NCBI RefSeq assembly: GCF_006345805.1
Contig: NC_043003.1
Span: forward strand, 31,992,001 to 32,056,000
Length of the DNA stretch: 64,000 nt
Source of the DNA: Octopus sinensis
Lineage: Eukaryota
Direction of reading: 5' to 3'
This document shows, in pieces, positions 51,501 to 64,000 of the stretch (the stretch's first letter is position 1; each line of letters opens with the position of its first letter). Under the pieces are notes generated by a model that saw nothing but the letters and a program-made list of their open reading frames with translations, was not told the origin of the DNA and made no database searches. The position numbers and the translations under genes are program-made.

Positions 51501-52859
51501 TCTATTTGTTTGCGTATGTAACTATATAAAGAGTTGTTGATGAGTTATTAATACGGGCAAAATACTTTATAAACTCTCAAAACACCAGGCTAAGGGAATT
51601 TTGTAGATTAGTAAAGAACTGCATGTATGATTATGGCAGAGTGCGAAATTATAGTTCATCACGGTTCCATATTGTACATCCACGGCTGTATTCCCAGTTA
51701 GACTGGTATTTTTCGCACAGTGGTATACAAATAAGGTATAAATAATGCTCATTACATATCCTTTTATTGTAGTAAATTCGACTTACAGCTGTTTCCGATA
51801 ATCGTTATAGGTTCGTTCAATGATCGATTTACTCAATCGATCGGTTGATCGATTCTTTAAAAATTGAACGATCTTAAAGAACTAATGCTATCCTTATGAG
51901 AATCGGAGTATTATGATGAAAACAATGCAGAACATCGATAAATCAAGTATACAAACATGGGAAACGGACCGAAAATAACCAATAAGTACAAGGCGAGTGG
52001 AAGCGAGATAAAGAGGATAAGGGAAAAAGAAGTGGTTAGCTGGAAAAGAACAAAAAGGGAAAGAAAGAAAAGGAAGACTGAAAGGGAGATATGAATAAGA
52101 GAAGGGGGGGCATGGGATAAAAGAATGAAGATAGGGAGGGGCATGCGATAGTAAGGAATCATAGAGGGGAATAGTATTAAAAAACATGAATGGGCTTAGT
52201 GTGTGTGCAATTGGGTCATCACTCTCAAAAACATTTATATTGTCTTCTTGGCCAGATACTATACTGATAGGGCATTGAAATTTGATATCGGCTACTTACT
52301 CCCATGTTCAACTTAAATCTTTAATATTGGATTGCTTTCTACTAGATTGGGAGCGAAGAGTATATTAAAAAAAACGGAGAGATAATGGAATAAAACATCC
52401 AGAAACCTCAATGTTAGGATGGGAATTTGGGAAAGCTCTAGCAAAAATTGATAGTAGGGACAGAAAAATTATAAACTTAAAAAAAAAACTACTTTCATTT
52501 ATTATTTGGTCAACACACGCATTGAATAACTATCGTAGACTGCACATCACCATTTAACGAATTTAAGGGAGATGTTAAAAGTCTAAATTGCACGTCTATA
52601 AATCCAGTGTTTACCATCACATTTTTATTTGCTCCTCTTTTTATGCTACTTTCAATTGAATTATGTGCATTATGCTTATCCGTTAGTAGCAATTGTTTCG
52701 GATAGCGGTTCTTTTGAATCTTTTAAATTTTATTGTTTCACTTTTACCTGTTTAATCTCCTCCGAGTTTTATTCGATTTGTTATTACGTCCATTGACTTC
52801 CGATTCTGTAGAAGTAGTTTGACAGTAACCTTGAAGGCATTAGCCTAAGATAGCAGTCT

Positions 52860-57305
<4,446 letters not shown>

Positions 57306-57399
57306 AGTTTTTTCTGAGTTACATTTGCACCAACTATTGTACAACCATGATCTTCTAATGTGTGAAGCATTAGTGCTTACTAATGTCTAATATTTTTAT

Positions 57400-57950
57400 A
57401 CAATATCAATTTTTCTTTTATAGTAATATTTCTGTTGGTGTTTCTGGTAAATATTTAGTGTATTGTCTATCGTGAATGCAAATTTCGCTGTATTATTTTA
57501 TTGGGTGTACTTTATGTTGTGTACATCACTGTATAATTGTTATCGGTTGTCCCTTGTTCAGAATATATGCTGCATAGCTTATGCAGCAAGGTGAAAGTTA
57601 TGAGTCAGTAAGAATGGAAGAAGTGCCAGTTGCTAGTGGTTGTAGTATCGTGTATTGACTATAAAAGAGTATGTTGTCTAAATTTGTTGTACATTGAAGC
57701 ATTATTGGATGATGGTTTTATAGTGTGTGTTGTGTCATATTGTATGGTTCTGATTATGTGAGATGTATCTTTTGTCAATCATGATATTTTATTGGGTGGC
57801 TATGGCAAAAAATATGTGATGTGTTCAGAGTGTGCACTCCTTGAACTGTTCTATTAAATTGAATGTAGTTTGCGTAGGATGGGGATCGTATGTATCAGGG
57901 CTATATACTAAAGCATTATATTGTTGTAAACACCGGCATGTTAGTTCTTC
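57400..57950 (-). mobile_element. Penelope-like RT fragment
   Basis: Minus strand KDTSHIIRTIQ and NIYQKHQQKY-like peptides (cf. KDSTHFL, IYQKP). Confidence 0.4.
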
Positions 57951-58979
57951 GATAAAACTTTCTTTATCATACTAATATCTATAGCTATATAAAATCTTTT
58001 CGTCTACCGTACATCATAATTATTTCAGTTCGAAGACTATTTTAGTGAAATAGTTTCTTCCCTTCCCCTCCAAGGTAATCTTTGGTTCACAAGAAATTGA
58101 GACAGTGATTAGAATACAGACATTGTTTCATTAATGATGGGCATGTCGTTGGATTTAATACCTAGAGGTAGGCGCCATTTGTATACCGCTAGACTATTCA
58201 GTAGGATGTATCTCATCATTACATATGGGTGGCCTTAATGAAAACGAGAATGATAAGGGTAAAAGATAAATGGGTGGTCTTAATGAAAGGGACAATTATA
58301 GGTGCAAAATATACAGATTTCTGGTACTTTAAGTCGGTTTGGTGGACCACTGGCATCGTTTTGTTTTCTTATGCGCTTGTTGAAAATATGCGCTTGTTGA
58401 AAACTATACATATGCACAAATATGTGGAACGTTTTCCAAGAGCATCTTAGGAAATGTTCATATTGTGAAACCCAAAATGAACGAGTTTTCTATTTATCCT
58501 GGTTATCGCTTCATATGTGGGATCTGCACAGCAATACTTTAAAAAAAGTTACTAATAAGCTTCCTGCGTATTAAGTCTCGGCGTATTCGTAATTTTAATC
58601 AGACTGTCAAATTCTGAGAGAAGTCTCACCGTTTTAGGTGACAGGAAATACGATTTGAACTTAGAACATACAAATCGATTTATCAATACAGCATTCCTTT
58701 CCCTCTTGTATTTCTACCACTGCACCACAATACGTTGTCACTTAGACCCAACGTAACTTTTCATAATAATCGGTAGATGAAAAGAAGAAAATGGTGTGAT
58801 AAAGCCTTCTAATTTGGAAACCCTGAAAGGTATTAAACAGATCAATGCAAGATGAAACAAATTAATGCAATTATTGAATAATTGTGAATTTCTATATTTA
58901 ATTAGGCTCATTAAGTTCAATGAAAACACATCAATTTTATCTCCTGAATATGTTTTACAAATCTGTGATAAATATGTAA

Positions 58980-58982
58980 ATA

Positions 58983-59035
<53 letters not shown>

Positions 59036-59180
59036 GTAATAATTATAATAAATAAATAATAATAATAATAATAATAATGATGATGATAATAATAATAATA
59101 ATAATAATTATTATTATTATTATTATTATTACTATTATTATTATTGTTGTTATTATTATTATTATGATTGTTTATTATTA
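58980..59180. repeat. (AAT)n followed by inverted (TTA)n
   Basis: Directly visible. Confidence 0.95.
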
Positions 59181-59261
59181 TCAAAAGGATTGAGATAACT
59201 CTTCATAAATGTAAGTAGGCTATACGAAGAGCGGTATTATGCGATTGCAATATCTATTGCA

Positions 59262-59406
59262 AGACTTACTCTTTGTAAGCATAGTACTTATTCTATCGGT
59301 CTCTTTAACCGAACCGCAAAGTTACGGGGACGTACACACATCAGTTGTCAAGCGATACTGGGTGGGGTACAAAAACACATACACACACACGCACCCACCC
59401 CACCCC

Positions 59407-59438
<32 letters not shown>

Positions 59439-59561
59439 TACGTTTTGCTCGGCCCGAGGTTATAGTAGAAGACACTTGCCCAAGGTGCCACGCAGTGTGT
59501 TTGAACCCGGAAACAGGTGGTTGGGAAGCAAGCTTCTTACCACATATTCACTCCTGCGCCT
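59262..59561 (-). mobile_element. tRNA-derived SINE family A, near complete
   Basis: Minus strand reads aggcgcaggagtgaatatgtggtaagaagcttgc..ccgggttcaaac..tggcaccttgggcaagtgtcttctactataacctcgggccga..gagaccgatagaataagtact, with A- and B-box-like segments. Confidence 0.9.
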
Positions 59562-59796
59562 ATATTGTTTACATTTGCACGATGGATTCTATTACATAGC
59601 GCAGTGACGGCTTAACTCGTATTACATCGATTATAATCTATAATTTGTCTGACATACATAGAGATGTATGTGTGTAAGTATAAATTCATGTATGCGCGTG
59701 CGTGGATTCAAATCTATTTTATTTATATATTCGAACGTATCCAGTTCTACATGTAATATGTTTTCAATCAACGAATCATGTAGTTAACGACTACAC

Positions 59797-59990
<194 letters not shown>

Positions 59991-60263
59991 TTTATTCTTT
60001 TATTCTTTTACTTGCTTCAGTCAGCGAACTGCAACCCTGATGGTGCAATGCTTTTAGTTGAAAAATCGGCCCCAGAACTTATTCTTTGTATGACTAATAC
60101 TTATATCTGTTGTCAAGCAATGGTGGAGGGACAAACACAGATACAAATACATACACACACACACACGTATATATATATATATACTTGCTAAAGGTACAAC
60201 GTAGTGGGACTGAACACGGAACCATGTGGTTGTGAAGTATGCTTCTTACCATATAGCTACTCC
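59991..60263 (-). mobile_element. SINE family A, diverged copy with internal deletions
   Basis: Minus strand ggagtagctatatggtaagaagc..ccacatggttccgtgttcagtcccactacgt..; tail gactgaagcaagtaaaagaataaaagaataaa. Confidence 0.8.
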
Positions 60264-60266
60264 ATT

Positions 60267-60269
<3 letters not shown>

Positions 60270-60332
<63 letters not shown>

Positions 60333-60358
60333 TATATTATATACATATGTATATATAA

Positions 60359-60415
<57 letters not shown>

Positions 60416-61329
60416 GATATAGAGAAATAGAGCGATTGATACATAAATAGGTAGATAGATATCTAGAGAGACATATACATATGTGCATATGATTGTGTGA
60501 AAATGCGTATGCTTGAGTGATACATATATATATATGTGTGTTATTTATTTGTGTATATCAAAACGTTCATGTGCATATAGAACGTTATATGGAGAGGAAC
60601 GAGTTTCACATAAACGAATTATCTGATTTTCTGTTGAGAGTTAATATTATTAACTTGATCAATTTATTCTATTACCTCACAACCAAAGGAGCAACTTAGT
60701 GCAGATCAAACATAACAGAACACCTCGTACATAACTATAGGAAACTATAGTTACTTGCATTGTTGTATGTACATAAAAGTTAAGGTACAATATAAAACTA
60801 GGTCAAATGATATAGCTATTCATATAATGAAATATTATGATGTAAGGATACGCAGTATATTCTTTCATATATTGTTAATATACGACTATGTTATGTAACA
60901 GGTCAATTCCAATAATAAATATTACAGACTTTATGCAATAACTTTAGGTTTTTAACAAAGCGGTACAATTTATATGACCACGTTGTGTAACACCTCAATT
61001 TCATTGTAAAAAATCAATCTAGCTCAGTCCAATCTCGTCTATAAACGTTCGACGGAATTTTATTCGGCATCCTTATCACTTTTTCATCGCAGAATATTGC
61101 AGAAACAAATAAGACTGTAAATTACAACATAAAAGAACGTCTCAGTTGTATTTCGCCTAGATATACTTTATTCTTGGAGATTAAATATATTCATATACCT
61201 TTTATTTGAAAGTTAACTAGTTATCGATATTTTCTTGAGTTTTAGCTTTGTGCTTTGTTTGATATTGCCGTTATTTTGTCTCATGGAAATCAGGCTAGAC
61301 ACGCACGCAGACACACACACACACACACA

Positions 61330-61379
<50 letters not shown>

Positions 61380-62151
61380 ACACACACACACACAGAAATA
61401 CAGACGTGTGTGTACATATGTATATAAATATATGAATTATAGATATATATTCAAAGTTATAGCATTCGAAATATAACAGAGACGCTTTCCGAAGAACCCA
61501 AACACACATACAAATATAATCACACACACAAGCACAAACGCAGACACACACACACACAGAAATGCAGACACAGTATCACAAATACACATATCCAGATGCA
61601 CATGTCATTATTGCTTCAATTCTTAAGTAATCTGTATTGTGTATTAAATAGATATTTTATTTAAGCAAATACGAACCGTCAAAATTACAACTATGCAAAT
61701 TAGGTTACCCACATCAGTGCTGACCAATCTTATGGCTATTTGATTATAGCAGTTGATTCACGCTGCTAACTGGGGCAAGGTAATCAACTGAATATTCTCA
61801 AGTTTGTAGTTGATAAATTATAAAACGGTCTATCAGTAAACACTTTCATCTTTCCGGACATCAATAACATAGAATGATTGTGTTTACTTATTTATTTTAT
61901 CCACGTGAAGTTTCTCTAATATTTAACTTTATTCCAGTTTTTATTTACGATCTGCTGCGCATATCAATGTAACCACATGCGGATTGTTGGCGATTTTTCT
62001 CTTTCATCCTTCTTCTCTTTTGGACTTTCCTGCGTTTACTGTGTTTCCGACAAAGAGCTGTGCTCAAAACCTAAACCAACAAGTCTCTTCCTTCACCTTT
62101 ACTATTAATAGATTGCTCGTCCTACGTCCTCACGCTCGCTTGTTTTCTTTT

Positions 62152-62222
<71 letters not shown>

Positions 62223-62373
62223 GTACCTTACATTATATCGGCACAGCTCAATTCGACCCAAAACGACAGGTATTGCCAGTTGGTAACGTTAGGCTGTAGC
62301 CAGAATAATAAAATAGGAGCTTTCAAATACATATTCAAAACGTTTCTCGTAAACGAACTCAAAGGATATATAT

Positions 62374-62404
<31 letters not shown>

Positions 62405-62520
62405 GCATGTGTGTATGTGTGTGTGTGTGTGTGTGTGTGTTTGTGTGTGTGTGTTTGTGTGTCTGTGTGTGTTTGTGTCTGTGTGTGTGTGTGTGTACCT
62501 GTGGTGTGTATGTATGTATA
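60270..62520. repeat. (TA)n, (GA)n, (CA)n and (TG)n tracts
   Basis: Tracts at ~60270-60480, 61300-61400, 62155-62220 and 62365-62520. Confidence 0.95.
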
Positions 62521-63479
62521 TAATAAGAAATAATGAAAACCGACAGATATGTGTGTGCCGCTGTGTGTTCGCGTATCATTGATTTCCATTTTCCAATTAA
62601 CCGGCTATTTGTTTGAGTTGGTAGCTTTAAAGTATTTGACAGCTTTCAAATAACTTCTGGGAACGAAAAACGATGTCGTGGGTTGTGCCGAATAATAGTA
62701 CATATTCTGATATTTAGATATGTTTAGCTATGTTTGCGATCAAAACCTATCAAAATCTACTCGATTTGCTTCTCACGTCGGTTTTATTGAATAATTATCT
62801 GTAGTATAGTACTGTTGTTTTAATCGACTTTTGCGAGTCTGTGGATTTGTATCATTCCGCTGATATAACGGCTAATTGGAGTCTGAGTATCCATTTCTCT
62901 TGATGTAAATATAAATATAGCTATATAGAAAGAAAGATAGAGAGAGGTTTATAATATTTTGCACCAGTCCTTACTCAGCAGTCATGTTGAGCAAAGCTGG
63001 GCGACTACATATTTCAAGCTGGTACTTATTTCATCGATTTCTCTTAATAGAATCGCTATGTTTTATAAAGAATTAAAGTGATAGGAGATGACATTCTGGC
63101 TTACAACGGTGAACATAACAAAATCACTTAGACGAATACGCAGACAGTCACCACTCTCTCCTTCTCTCTTATTCGTTCTTGCTCCGTCTCTCTCACTGTA
63201 TGTAAGAACATAACCACATGTATCTTTATATAAATATCTATATATTAATGTTTGTTTTTATGTCGCAGTATAGATGAAAGAAGTTTACATTAAAGTAAAG
63301 AATTACTCAATCCTTTTTTTACACTGTATATACTAGTAGACTTTAACAAAAGTAGCGATGTGAAAGATTTGGAGGTATCGACCTCCTAGCTTTCATCTAA
63401 TTGTCTGATAAAGTAGAGCAGACCAAAACATAGAAATCGTTGTCAACACTATTCTTGTAAAAATGATATATAAATGTTG

Positions 63480-63908
<429 letters not shown>

Positions 63909-63978
63909 GGTGCTATTAAGTTAGACATGGCCTGGACCAATCTTTGGTCGAAACATATCTAAGTTTATCTAAGTTTAT
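63909..63978 (+). repeat. Short dispersed repeat with stem-loop + GAAAC, copy 2
   Basis: Homologous to 27908-27978. Confidence 0.85.
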
Positions 63979-64000
63979 ATGCAGAATGAGGGTCAAAGAG

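Overview
AT-rich, repeat-dense eukaryotic DNA. It is most likely from an octopus-type cephalopod genome, inferred from the SINE families, the (AAT)n/(TA)n/(ATAC)n load and the retroelement mix. I found no intact host protein-coding gene, rRNA, tRNA gene or CRISPR array. Most track ORFs are microsatellite read-throughs or broken retroelement frames. 1-9 kb holds decayed RTE, Penelope and Ty3/gypsy fragments plus a tRNA-derived SINE. 10.2-26.4 kb is a retrotransposon nest built on (AAT)n arrays. It contains seven R4/Dong-type (RLE) fragments and four copies of a ~550-bp non-coding element, all on the + strand and running into (AAT/GAT)n. It also contains three Tx1/L1-type LINEs, all on the - strand with 3' ends at the same arrays. 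28-32 kb is a near full-length but disrupted R4/Dong-type element carrying a SINE with an 18-bp target-site duplication. 32-64 kb is mostly unique AT-rich sequence with di- and tetranucleotide microsatellites, SINEs, Penelope fragments (clear GIY-YIG at ~48.1-48.5 kb) and weak exon/promoter-like signals. All family assignments were made by eye from translated motifs, without database searches, and boundaries are approximate.
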